64,000 bases of DNA from positions 64,001 to 128,000 of IMG/VR virus record IMGVR_UViG_3300008740_000001, one strand, 5' to 3'. The notes under the pieces were generated by a model, which did not search any database, was not told the origin of the DNA, and saw only the letters and a program-made list of their open reading frames with translations. A program made the translations under genes and the position numbers. The stretch's first letter is position 1. Every line of letters starts with the position of its first letter. Source of the DNA: a virus. Taxonomy: Duplodnaviria > Caudoviricetes. This document shows, piece by piece, positions 1-12,600 of the stretch.

Positions 1-1
1 A

Positions 2-289
2 TTAACCGCGCCCGGCGAAAGGGTTATGGATCCGCTATTTGGTGTCGGATTAAAGAGATATTTATTCCAGCCTTTGACTAGAAGTACGTTGGCCAGTATA
101 GAAGCACGCATAAAAGAACAAGTTTTTCGTTATCTGTCATTTATCACAATTGAGAGTGTAAATTTTCAAAGCGCATTAGATTCCGGACCCGGCGCCACTG
201 TTACTGATATGGATCCAAATCAAGTTAGTATTAATATCACTTATAAATTTGGCCGTGGTGTGTATGGAAATATCACAGTGGGCGCCTAA
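2..289 (+). CDS. Baseplate wedge subunit, T4 gp25-like (5'-truncated by window edge)
   Basis: Frame is open upstream of the ATG at 26: LTAPGERVMDPLFGVGLKRYLF matches the gp25/GPW motif (T.PGER.M.P.FG.GL); directly precedes a gp6-like gene. Confidence 0.85.
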   Translation, partial: LTAPGERVMDPLFGVGLKRYLFQPLTRSTLASIEARIKEQVFRYLSFITIESVNFQSALDSGPGATVTDMDPNQVSINITYKFGRGVYGNITVGA

Positions 290-306
290 ATTTTATAAAA
301 CTATTG

Positions 307-313
307 CTAATTA
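307..313 (+). promoter_or_regulatory. CTAHTTA motif (putative late promoter) before gp6-like gene
   Basis: CTAATTA in 43-nt intergenic gap. Confidence 0.5.
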
Positions 314-332
314 AATGGTGGAGAATTAATTA

Positions 333-2141
333 ATGGCCAAGAACAAGAGATATACAAGAAGCATTAAATATACCAGTAGAGATTTCTCATCCATCAAGAC
401 CGATCTGATAGAGCAAGCAAAAATCTACTATCCAGATACGTATAAGGACTTCAATCAAGCTAGTTTTGGCTCTATGATGCTGGATGCGGTTGCATACGTT
501 GCCGACCAGCTTTCCTTTTACTTAGATTATCAAGCGAATGAGAGCTTTTTAGACACCGCAGTAGAATACAATAATGTAGTTCGGCATGCCCGCAGTCTGG
601 GATATCGGTGGAAAGGTGCACCATCAAGCACAGGTGTCATCGCGCTCTACATAATCGTCCCAGCGGTCGGCTTGGGAATGGGTGTGGACACAGATTATGT
701 TCCGATCCTTAAAGCCGGCGCCCAGTTAAAGTCTGGCGCCACCAATGCTAGTTTCATATTAATGCAAGATGTGGATTTTTCATTAAGTTCTAATGAAGTT
801 GTTGCCGCAAAAAAGGATTCCACCACCGGCTTGCCGTCTCATTGGGCCATTAAGGCTTACGGTAAAGTGATATCGGGAGAACTGATGCGGAAAACGGCCA
901 CAATTGGTTCGTTCCAAAGATTCTTGAAAGTACCAGTGGGCTCTATTAATTCCGTTTCAGAGATCCTCCGCGTCACAGACGACGAGGGTCATGAGTATCA
1001 TCAGGTGGAATATCTATCGCAAGATGTAGTTTATAAAGAGGTGGTGAACCAAGACGCCCGTGCCTCGGGCATTCCATCGGTTATGAAGCCATATTCTGTT
1101 CCGAGAAGGTATGTTTTAGAGACAGAGGGCTCAAACCTGTATGTTCAGTTTGGACATGGATCAGATTCCGAAACTTCAGATCCTTCCGTTGTTGAACCGA
1201 CAAATTTAACCCTCCAGCGATTTGGGAGAGATTATATAACAGACGAGGCCTTTGATCCTACAAACTTGTTATCCACAGATAAGTTCGGAATCAGCCCAGC
1301 TAACACAAAGTTGTACATAGTATACAGGATGAATTCAAAGGAAACGGCTAATGCTGCTGTGGGCACCGTCAATAAGACTGGTGACTATGAGATGGTAGTG
1401 GCTAACGAGCAGATTTTAAGCCAAACTAAGCTTCGTGAGGTCCGAAAATCCCTAGAGTGTTATAACGAAGAGCCATTTGTTGGAGACATCACACTTCCCG
1501 ATTCTGCAGAAATTAAGAGAATGGTATATGATAATTTTGCCACGCAAAACAGGGCAGTCACTCAGCAAGACTATATGGCACTAATCTATTCTATGGATCC
1601 AAAGTTTGGATTAGTAAAGAGGTGCAATATTTTGAGAGATCCGGATTCTCTCAAGAGAAACTTAAATCTATATGTGGTTTCAGAAGGTCCCGATGGAAAA
1701 CTAATTGCTGCAAACGATACATTAAAAAAGAACCTTAAAACATGGATAAACCAATATCGAATGATCAATGACACGATTGATATTCTAGACGCAAAAATAC
1801 TCAATTTTAAAATTAATTTTTCAGTAGTGGCTCACAGGGATTATGATAAACACGATGTTTTAAATCAATGCATTAGTGTCTTAAAAGACAAATTTGCCCA
1901 ACCGCTGTCCATGGGCGAACCATTTTATATCTCAGATATACAAAAGGTGTTAAACGATGTCCCGGGCATCACCGATGTGAAACAGGTTATTGTGGAGTGC
2001 GCATCCGGAGGAACATACTCGACAGCATATATGAACGTCAACCAGCAAAAATCAGCAGATGGTAGATATGTCGCCATTCCAGCAAATTGTGTAGTTGAGA
2101 TAAAGTTTCCGGACAACGATATTATAGGATCTATTACATAA
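333..2141 (+). CDS. Baseplate wedge subunit, T4 gp6 / baseplate J-like
   Basis: 602 aa; YTSRDFSSIK..L....YYPDTYKDFNQASFG.M.LD..AYV.D.LSFYLD N-terminus and QNRAVT.QDY motif typical of gp6-like proteins; SD GGTGGAG. Confidence 0.85.
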   Translation: MAKNKRYTRSIKYTSRDFSSIKTDLIEQAKIYYPDTYKDFNQASFGSMMLDAVAYVADQLSFYLDYQANESFLDTAVEYNNVVRHARSLGYRWKGAPSSTGVIALYIIVPAVGLGMGVDTDYVPILKAGAQLKSGATNASFILMQDVDFSLSSNEVVAAKKDSTTGLPSHWAIKAYGKVISGELMRKTATIGSFQRFLKVPVGSINSVSEILRVTDDEGHEYHQVEYLSQDVVYKEVVNQDARASGIPSVMKPYSVPRRYVLETEGSNLYVQFGHGSDSETSDPSVVEPTNLTLQRFGRDYITDEAFDPTNLLSTDKFGISPANTKLYIVYRMNSKETANAAVGTVNKTGDYEMVVANEQILSQTKLREVRKSLECYNEEPFVGDITLPDSAEIKRMVYDNFATQNRAVTQQDYMALIYSMDPKFGLVKRCNILRDPDSLKRNLNLYVVSEGPDGKLIAANDTLKKNLKTWINQYRMINDTIDILDAKILNFKINFSVVAHRDYDKHDVLNQCISVLKDKFAQPLSMGEPFYISDIQKVLNDVPGITDVKQVIVECASGGTYSTAYMNVNQQKSADGRYVAIPANCVVEIKFPDNDIIGSIT

Positions 2142-3646
2142 TGGCTATTAAAAGATACTTTGCTATAAAAGACAATACGATTACAAACGCGTATGAGACT
2201 AATTTAACTACCCGTGCAACCGGTTCTAACATGGGCGCGGCAGATATTTTAGAAGTATTCTCAATTTTTGGCCAAGCTACCGGCTCAACTGCTGCGGCTT
2301 ACGAAGCTTCTCGAATCTTAATTCAGTTTCATGCGACCGGCTCTGATATACAGAATAGCCAGAATTCGATCAAAAGAGACCGAACGCTCAGCAAACTCCC
2401 CGCTAGTGGAAGTGTAAACTTTTATTTAAGGATGACGAATACAAAACATTCCCTAACTACGCCTAGAGATTTTCGGCTGGTTGTAAGCGCTGTAGAAACT
2501 GCGTGGCAAGAGGGATATGGCTTGGATATGGACAATTATACAGATTTGACATATAACCAGCGCGGCTCAAACTGGGCCCGGGCTTCATCTGAAGCTACGT
2601 GGACCACTGCTGGTGGAGATTGGGATAACGACGATTCGTCGTCTTTGACTGCATCTTTCACTAATGGAACAGAAGATTTAGAACTTAACATTACGCCGAT
2701 TGTGGAGAAGTGGATTGCCGGCACCAAAGACAATAATGGTGTGATAATCCGCCTCACTGCAGATTTAGAAGATGCAGAAACTTCATATTATACGAAAAAG
2801 TTCTATGGGAGAACTTCAGAATTCTTTTTCCGTCGACCGGTCATTGAGGCTCGCTGGGATTCTGCCACTAAAGACGATAGAGCAAACTTTTACTACAGCA
2901 GTTCAAATGCCCCAGCAGCAGATAATCTGAATACACTTTACTTTTATAACTATATCCGTGGTCGTCTTACAAACATCCCCAACGTGGGTACGGGCAGCAT
3001 CTTGCTTAGCTTGTATTCTGGGTCTTCTGGCAACCCCGGAGGAAGCAAACTAGCACTTTCTAAGGGAGGCGGTGTTGTTACAGCCGCCGATGTCAACGTC
3101 ACCGGAGGATATGTAAGCACTGGCATTTATTCTGCTAGTGTAGCAATAACTGCCTCTTCTACAAACCGTCTCACAACATTGTATGATATATGGCATTCAG
3201 GCTCAGTGCAATATCACACAGGCACACTTGAGCCGCAAAGTTTATATGCGTCAAACTACAATCCAAATCCGACATATGTCACAACGGTCAACAACTTAAA
3301 GCCAGTATATCGTAAATCAGAAACAAATAGGTTAAGATTGTATACTAGAACAAAAGATTGGTCTCCAACTATTTATAATAAAGCTAGCAAAACTATTGAA
3401 AGGACGATTATTGACAGCGGATCCTACAGAATTACAAGGAATATTGATAGAACAGAGGTTATTCCCTTTGGCACAGGCTCGGATTTACATACCCAGATGT
3501 CTTTTGATGTATCTGGAAATTACTTCGATTTAGACTTTTCGATGTTGGAGCCGGGTTATTCATATACTCTAGATTTCAGTTATTACAATGGTTCAATAGA
3601 TTCGTGGACAATTCAGCCTGAAAAGTTTAAATTTAGAGTTGAGTAG
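2141..3646 (+). CDS. Virion structural protein (baseplate-associated, beta-rich)
   Basis: 501 aa ORF coupled by TAATG overlap to gp6-like gene; S/T/G-rich; position in baseplate operon. Confidence 0.6.
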   Translation: MAIKRYFAIKDNTITNAYETNLTTRATGSNMGAADILEVFSIFGQATGSTAAAYEASRILIQFHATGSDIQNSQNSIKRDRTLSKLPASGSVNFYLRMTNTKHSLTTPRDFRLVVSAVETAWQEGYGLDMDNYTDLTYNQRGSNWARASSEATWTTAGGDWDNDDSSSLTASFTNGTEDLELNITPIVEKWIAGTKDNNGVIIRLTADLEDAETSYYTKKFYGRTSEFFFRRPVIEARWDSATKDDRANFYYSSSNAPAADNLNTLYFYNYIRGRLTNIPNVGTGSILLSLYSGSSGNPGGSKLALSKGGGVVTAADVNVTGGYVSTGIYSASVAITASSTNRLTTLYDIWHSGSVQYHTGTLEPQSLYASNYNPNPTYVTTVNNLKPVYRKSETNRLRLYTRTKDWSPTIYNKASKTIERTIIDSGSYRITRNIDRTEVIPFGTGSDLHTQMSFDVSGNYFDLDFSMLEPGYSYTLDFSYYNGSIDSWTIQPEKFKFRVE

Positions 3647-3661
3647 CAATGAGAGGGAATT

Positions 3662-6600
3662 ATGGGCATCAAAGATCTATTTGAGAAACCACAACAAATT
3701 CTGACATCGGCCGACGCCGAAAGTACAACAAAAGATAAGGTTGAATCTCTTGATTATCTTGACGCAGTAATGCGCGCCAAGGAAGAGTTTGTTCCTCATA
3801 TTGATTTTTCTTCCGCTTCAAATTTTGCAATTTATGGTTCTGCAGAAAAATACTACGAAGATGCGGTTACAACCATCTACCGTCAATACCCATATGATGG
3901 CACTGCTCGGGAAGTGCAAGAGTTTAATTTAAATTTAAATTATCTCACAAAGCACGTTTTAGAAAGCTTATACCCCCGAACCACCGGATATATTACTTTA
4001 GGAAAAAGCGCTACTTACAGCGGCCTGTCTGGTTCATATGGTAGCCCTGCGGCAAACGAATACATTGAGTTTTTCGGCGGCCCGCATACCGCCTCTAACA
4101 TACAAACCTCGCTGGAAGGAATGGCAAATCGGCCATTACACGAAACGTTTGAATATTCTAATCAACTCTCATCTGATCCATATACTAAAGCCGGCTTTCA
4201 AAAAGACAGCAGTAAGAAAGGCACACAATTATCAAACCTAAGATTCAATCCGGCAGATGGAATGACCGTCGAGTTCTGGTTGAAGAAGGACGCTTTTGAT
4301 TCTACCAAGACCAAAAGGGAGGTAATTTTTGATCTGTGGAATGGGAAAGATGATGATGATATCGCCTATGGCCGTCTTCTTTTAGAGCTTTCCTCATCGG
4401 CAACGGATCCGTTCAGGCTGACCATGGTCTCCGGCTCTGGTTCCCCGGTCCAAGCCGGCTATCAGAGCGCCACTCGCATCGCCCGAGATACATCAATCTC
4501 CTCCGGAATAACATCAGAAAAGATCACGGGCGGGGATTGGAATCATTATGCAGTATCGATTGCAAATAAAGGCGCTAATAAAACTGCTGTAAAGTTTTAT
4601 ATCAATGGCGATCTGGATACTACAACGCTTTTAACTGGACAGATTAACGAGGTGACAGGCGGATTAAGAGCCCACCTTGGCGCACTAACTCATCCAAATC
4701 GACAGCACGGAGGAGCTAAGGGCCACGGGCTTTTGAGTGCTTCTTTAGATGAATTCAGATATTGGAAGGAGGCCCGCTCTTCAGAACAAATCGGCCGTTA
4801 TTGGTGGACACAGGTTCGGGGCGGCTCAAACAGAGAAGTTTACAATTCAAGTTTGGGCGTATATTATAAATTCAATGAGGGTGTCGTGCAAACCGACGCC
4901 ACCGATTTAACTGCATATGCTATTGACAAAAAGGTGCTTGACTACTCAGGACGCGTCTCGAACGGTAATTGGGTCGGCTACCCCGGATATCCTGAAGGGG
5001 CCCGCTCAACGGATTCTGCACTAAACCGAACCGGCTCAGCAGAATTTAAAGATCCAATCATTTATAACTCGCATCCAAAAGTTAAGGCCTTGCTTGCAGA
5101 GCTTAAATCTTCAGGCTCAATCTGGGACGACCAGAACAATGCTTCAATGTTGAACGCGGTCCCCACTTTTATGAGAGAGCAGGACGAGGCCTCTGGTGAT
5201 GGAACGCTGACAAACGTGCTTCAAATGATGGGTTCTTATTTTGATAAGATTTATCATCTCGTTGACGCGCTGCCAAAAATTAGAGCCACTTCATATTTGA
5301 CCGCTTCTGCCAAGCCCTATCCTTTCGCCACCCATTTGTTAGAGAGCGTCGGCATGAATGCTCCACAGATGTTTGTTAATGCAAATGTTTTAGAGTCCAT
5401 TTCAGCCCGCGATGAAGATCGAAAGTATGAAAAAGACATATCGGAGATTAAAAACCTCATATATCAGAACATTTATAACAATCTTGTATATGTGTATAAA
5501 TCAAAGGGTACCGAGAAATCGATTAGAAACATAATACGGTGTTTCGGCGTGGATGAGGAATTAATACGCCTCAACATGTACGCCAATAACATGACGTATG
5601 AACTACAGGACAACGCTAGAACAAAGACTGTAAAGAAGAAATACATCAACTTCAACGATGTAGACAAATTTGATTGCGTAATATATCAGTATCCAGACCC
5701 AAATAATTCAAATACGGTCGGATATATAACTGGCTCTGGGCCAACAACCGTAACGGCTAGCTTGGGACATGAGGATGTTTTGGGAATGACGGTCGAGACA
5801 GAAGTTCTCTTCCCAATCAAGCTTACTCAAAGAGATTCGGGGTTTTTTACAACGGATTTTGAAGAAGCTTCCTTGTTCGGCTTACATACACCATTAAGCG
5901 ATGCGTCCCTATTGACGATTTCTAGGCCCAATTACGCGAACTTCCAAGTGACTGCTATTCGACCTCAGCGTGAATCGAAGCATGTATATTTTAAACTGAC
6001 ATCTGAAGACCCCGGAAACGGTTTCAGTGCCCCAATTCCTGAGTTGACATCTAGCTTGTTTACCGAGGTATATGACAATCAAAGATGGAATCTATCAGTA
6101 AGAGTTAAGCCTAGCAAGCCGTTGAAAAATCTTGTGTCAGGTAGCCACGCTTTGGCTTCTGATAAATATGAGGTTCACTTTTACGGTGTCAATATGGAAA
6201 CTGGTTATAAAGAACACTCGTTCCATCTATCGGCCTCCATTGCGGGCCACGAAGCACGCAACTTCTTGCGCGCCTCAAAAAGACTATATGCTGGCGCCCA
6301 CCGCGATAATTTCGTGGGAGATGTAAAAAATTATACCGATGTTAAGGTTTCATCGATAAGATACTGGGCAACTTTCCTTGAAAATAGTGAACTAGATGCA
6401 CATGCCTCCGATGCAGAAAACTACGGAGTATCAGATCCGTTTGAGAACCTTACATTATACGACAAGCAGCTTGGCGGAATTCATGTGCCTAGGATTGATA
6501 CCCTAGCACTGCATTGGACATTCGGAAACGTAACTTCTGCTTCGTCAGACGCGGCTAGCCCAACGTTGTCGGATTCATATTTTTACGCCGATGACGTTTC

Positions 6601-9600
6601 TTCCGGATCGGTAGAAGCAGTTAGCGCCGCAAGATATGGTTGGCTTAGTAACATTGTTCACAAACAGCACAGCGCTAAGGGCGACTTGTTTCTGCCACCA
6701 GAAAGCGGCGACAAAAACCCTGTCGATGTTAATTACATATCCTCTGCACGCCGTCAGTTACCAGAAGTAATTAGTTCGAATGATGCAGTTCAGATACTGA
6801 CTCAAGATGACGACAAATATACTAGAGAGCATAGAATTGTTGAACACTATTATGCATTAGAAAAGAGCATGTATCAGACAATCTCGGAAGAGATGATAAA
6901 CATGTTTGCATCTGTCGTTGATTTTAACAACCTTATTGGCGAACCCGTTAACAGATATCGGCAAGAATATAAAGATTTATCAAAGTTACGTCAACTTTTC
7001 TTCGAACGCGTTGGAGAAGTTTCAACTTTAGATAGATATATCAATTTTTACAAATGGATTGACAATGCTGTTACTACAGTTATCCAGCAGTTAATCCCGG
7101 CCTCGGCTGAGGTTTCAGAAGAACTCCACAATATGGTTGAAAGCCATGTTCTAGAGAGGAACAAGTATTGGACTAAATATCCAACGATTGAATTTAAGCA
7201 GGACGATCCAGAGGCCGGTGTTCATGGTGTCCACGAGTTAACTTATAACTGGAAATTTGGTCACGCTCCAGTCGATAATTCTGCACAATCTAACAATGCG
7301 CTTTATTGGCGTGAACGCGCCCACCGTGCTTCTGGCTCACTAAGCTCTGGCAATACAAACACTGACCAAGATCGTGAAGATCTTAGGATTAAAATAAACC
7401 AGCATCGTGAAGCCAAGGGCAAGATGTTGGCCAACGAGGATAATACAACCTATACCGGCAGAGTATACGCTCTTAAGAGATTTACAAAGCCATATAGGTT
7501 TACTGTTGATATTCCAAGAGAGTTGCGTTCGGGTACAAACTTCACTAGAAACAGAAATGTGCAGGTAGCCAAGACAGCGCTAGCTTACGGCGCCCCATTG
7601 ACCATCTCCTCGTCAACAAATCGCCCGGGCCTCCCGGGCCTCCCCACGGGCGTCATGTTTGTCGACGGCGATACGCTGGGACAATTTAAAGACATCAATG
7701 ATAATTTGGAGTTAAGGCGAAAGCGCTTCCATGATGGAACGGTGATCTTGGCTAGAGAGCAGGAGTATGATGGCAGGCAGGCAGTGCCCACTTCTACAAT
7801 CGCCAAGATTCTACCGGGCAACGTAGTAAGTAGTTCGGTGATTTCTGGATATAACAAAGTATTCAGTGGGGTTAACACTCCCGGCTTCGTAACAGGCACG
7901 GCGATTACGAACATTCATCATGATTTTTACGGCGAAGATAGGGAGATCCCACTGCAGGGCCCCTTCGTAGCAAAATATGTCGGTGGCCACCAATCTAGAC
8001 ACGTTAGATTGAATCCCGGTACGGATACTTCACATAACCGCCCAGAGGCTTGGAAGCTTTTGATAGGAAAAAGAGACTCCACAGAAGCGTTTAGAAACAC
8101 TAAAACTTCCGGAGCTTTTGGATTTGTGAGTCCTGACTATCCATATCCAAACATGGGCAAGAACCCATCACCTGCCACTGCTGTTTTCACTGCTGCCGGA
8201 AGCCACCCGAAGGCCGGCTCCAAGCTTAGATTAACTGATGGTGTAAATACAGCGACCTTTGAATATTGGGACGACGACATGACGGGGGATCACGATACGG
8301 CTCTCACTGCAGCCGAACAGTTGTTGAGCGCTTCACACATTGCAGTAGATATGGCGGGCCAAACCGGCCTCGCTGGGTCCGCCCTGCGAACCGCAAAATT
8401 AAACAGTATGGCCAATGCAATTAATGAGTCGACTATTGCAATGAACGCCACTGTGGACGGAAATGATATAACAATTACCAATACACGATATGGGCACTCA
8501 ACATCCAAGGGCCCCAACATATACGGAATAAAGGGCAACACTGAAATTTCTTCGTCATATGAAACGGTCTACGATTATCGCATGACGAGCGGCCTGCGTA
8601 TCGATGAGGTTTCTGCTCGCACACTCGCCCCGGGTCATGCCGCCAATGGCTATTCCGCAGGTATTGGATTTGAAGATCAGAGCGACTCCATAGCGGATAT
8701 TTTTGACACTGGCGCATCCGGGTGGGGTGAATTTACCATGACCGGCTGGTTCTACTTGCATGATGGTAGTGTCGGAGAGGCCAGAACAAATCTTCATAGA
8801 ACCCTCTTGACTCTCGGACCCTACTCCGTCCTTGGGAACAACTTGGCGATATCGATTATCAACAACAAACTGCATCTTAGGGTGGATCAGGGTACCATCG
8901 ATGCGCATCGTATGGCATATACAACAAATTCAGCAATCGTCACAGGCTCAGATTGGTATCATATAGGGGTCGCATGGAATCACCATTCCACCCGTAACAC
9001 CCAGACCACTAAAGAAGTTGAGAACGTACCGCGAATGTATGTGAACGGTACTCTTGTTGAGGGAGATTACAAGGATTACGATGGCTCAGTTTATGTTGGG
9101 ACCGGCTCCCTGCCAAGCTTTAACACGATAACTAAGTCCGATGGCGCCAATAATCGCACTCTTGTTGGTACTGTTGGTTGCATGATCAGTTCTGCTGCCA
9201 AATTCATGTCTGCCTCTCATCTTGCGGGCGATGTAATTGGAGATCTGGCCCTCTGGAATGCTAAATTAACTGCTGCTGAAATAACAGAGGCGTATAGTGG
9301 GCAAGGCCACAAACGACTTCTGCCCGGAGCCCAAAATCTCTTTAATCATTCCAAGTATAAGTCCAACTATAGCGACTCCGCTCTTAAAGCATGGTGGGGA
9401 TTTGGCGATGCGACCAAGCCAAATGCTGATAATGAGCTTTACGATGATGTCACCTCCATTTGTGGCACGCGTGGTGCACCCGGCGCCGCCGATGCTAAAG
9501 AGTTCTGCTATAACGGTGTTTATGGCTCCGGCGCCGGCCTCCGCTTAATAGCTTGGGAATACCAAGGAACGAGTTTCGGCGGAGACAATCCCCACCCCGG

Positions 9601-12600
9601 TACTCATTTTTATCAAGAAACCCAAAACACAACAGATGCCTCTTTGCCCGCCGGCGTCGGCGCTATCGGCGCACTATACGGTAATCGGCCTCTCAAGAAA
9701 TATGGCGGCGGCGAATGGTACGATGCTGCAGGCCAACCTTTCGCCTCCACCGGCGGCCCAAGTTCCTTCTCCGGCGGCGAAGACCCGGTGATACTAAATT
9801 ATCACGCACCTAGGGCCACAATGTATCGTGAAGAAGTGGTTAAACGCCCGGTGAATATTCGGAATATTCTGCAAACAACGGCCTCAGTGGACATCGCCCT
9901 TTCTGGTACTTTACAACATGGCCCAATCGGCAACTATGGCCGCAATTATGAAGTTGTGCACACTTCGCCCCGATCAGTCAATGATCTCCAGTTTAGGAAA
10001 GCATTGGGAGCCGAGGCCGGCCCTGCGTGGAACCCTCCCACCGAAGTCGACGCAATGTACTTCAGAAAGCCCATGCAGCGTCCAGTGACGGGCAGCTTTG
10101 ACCCGGCCCGGCCACTTAAATCGACATTATCTGATCCGAGATTTTGGGATAATGCAACGAGTCAACGTGACGGGACAGAACTCGGCGTCAATCCACGAAA
10201 TCTCAATACCCACCAGCGCGACTTTGAGGCTTTGGCCGACCGTCAGAAGAACAAAACAGTTATAGTTACAAAGTTTAGCGCCCCGGGCGGGTTTGAAACC
10301 ATGACTGCGGGATATATGGATTCGAATCATGGTGAGTACGCAGCTAACAATGTGACAACTTTTAGAAATCGTTATGTTCGCGGCCTAGGCCAACATGTGT
10401 TGACATCCGGATCCATGGAGGGCCGCACTTATAGCGGACAATTAACAGCCTCCTCGGGTGTCGACGGCACTGCTCTTCGTCGGCTAGTAGTGGAATCCAA
10501 AGAAAATGGGTACGGCATGGACGATGCCTATGTATACCCAGCTGAAGATGGGGTACCCGTACACAGATTCCAACATGCTACCCGCGAGCAACTGGCCGGC
10601 ACGTATCGCGTTTCAGACATTCACGATGAACCCTTTGGTCTTAGAACCCACTTGGCACGTTACACGGCGAAGTTTGGTCGAGATTCCGCTTTAGTATATG
10701 ATCCATTAGCAACTGGCACAAGTGGAAGCACGCAAGAGCCGGCCGGTTATCACAAGATCCATAGAAATAGGACTGCTGTTAATGATTTTTATGAACATTA
10801 CACGACCTATCATGGCCCCAAAAGCACTTACTCCATGCACTTCAACGATGATTCCACCGGTTTAGAAGCCGAGTCCGTGGACGATAAAAAACTGCTATCT
10901 ATAAATCCCTCGTGGCCTGTAGATATGTCCAAACCATGGTCATTCTCAGCTTGGGTCAAGCAAAGTGCAGCACAATCCGGGGCCCGGGCCCTGTTTTCTT
11001 TGGGTGAAAACCAATGTAAATTTTCGATTAGTATCGATGCAGCCGGCCGGTTTAGGGTCCATATGTACAATGATGATCAAACGGGCTCTGAATTCGCAGA
11101 TTTTTACTGTAGTGCTCCTGTTACATCAGGTGGCTGGGATCATGTGGTCATAACCTACGACCCAACCAAGGCTGAGACTTCACAGTCGGACGTTCCGAAA
11201 TTCTATGTCAATGGACAGCCGGGTAAATTTGCCAACTCCGATACTTTTCCGTCCGCGCCCTTCGCGCTGACATGCCTCAATGAACGCTCTTATATTGGCG
11301 CTCGCTTTGACAATGTTGAGCAGAAAGTGAAAACACTTGTCGATACTGAGATTGCAGAATTGGCGTTTTACGATAGAATTCTAGACTCCGACGAAGTACG
11401 ACGGCTTTGGGGGTACCCGAATGTACTCGGCGGCACCGGCGGAACAGTAAACCTTTCTGGCTCTATAACCCCAGCTAGTGATAAGCTGAAGGTATGGATT
11501 CGCTTCGGTGATCATGCAGATGGGCCAGACAAAGGCGTATCTGGTGGTTCCGCCTATCCAACAGGTCCAACTGGCGCGCCCTATTTTTACGATGTTATGG
11601 GGAACGTTAACTACGATCTCGCCGGTACTAAAGCGGATGCGACGGCGGGCACACCATATGCTGATGGCCTAGAGCCGGCCCAGTGGGAAAACGCCGCTCG
11701 AAATATCCACACATATTCGAAGTATCAGCATGATAACTTCTATGTGAGACATCAGCTTCCTAGGAATCATTCAAATTACAGTTGGGTTAGAGCAGCCCTT
11801 CCCGCTAGCCATGTACCCCAAGGTCTGCCAACAGCATCAAACTTCTATTCAGAACTTATGATTACTGCAAGCGAAATTGGTTCAATTCTGCGAGACGGCG
11901 AAAACGCGGCCGGCAACGTCTCCGTGAACGCCCTAGGTCGCCTGTATGGCGTGAACAAAGACAATGTTAACAATGCGGACACCGGCTACGGCGGGGGGAT
12001 GGATGCAGGCTTCGCCGCAATCCATAAATACAAATCATCATTGATTCTGAATGATATGGTCGGTATGAACTCCAACATCGTCACCAAGGTTGACTGGGAT
12101 AACAGTCTTGAAGGTTACACAGCCGATGAGGTGGTCGCCGCGACCGTAAAGCACGCTTGGGAGGTTGGCGCCAATGCCGATCAGAATAATAAGTCCGCTT
12201 ACAGTCCCTATTTCAACGAAGCTGCTATTGGTATTTGGAACAGATTCGGCACCGGATACAAACACCCCGGCCATCGGACAAGCAGTCCCTATGAATTTTT
12301 CGGAAAACAAGGCGCCTATGGACTTTCGGCGTTAGCAAACTATGACCCGGGCGCCCACCTGATCGGCCACAAAGCCACAAATGATCACGCCGGCGCGAAC
12401 GCAAGCCGCCACTTGCAGGCTATGGTACTCAACGGCGTCCTTCTCCATCGACAAGGGCCATATGGGTGGCCCTCATGGAAGCAGATCCGAGGTGCCCAGC
12501 ATCCTCTGGTGCGTTATGAGCGCAAACATAGTAGAATGTCATATGTTTTGGAAGACGCGCCAGAAAAACACTTGAGTTCTAGTCAGCAGGGCCACATGGT

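Noticed and set aside
7622-7650. PGLPGLPTG as a collagen-like repeat
   Set aside because: Only about three triplets; too short.
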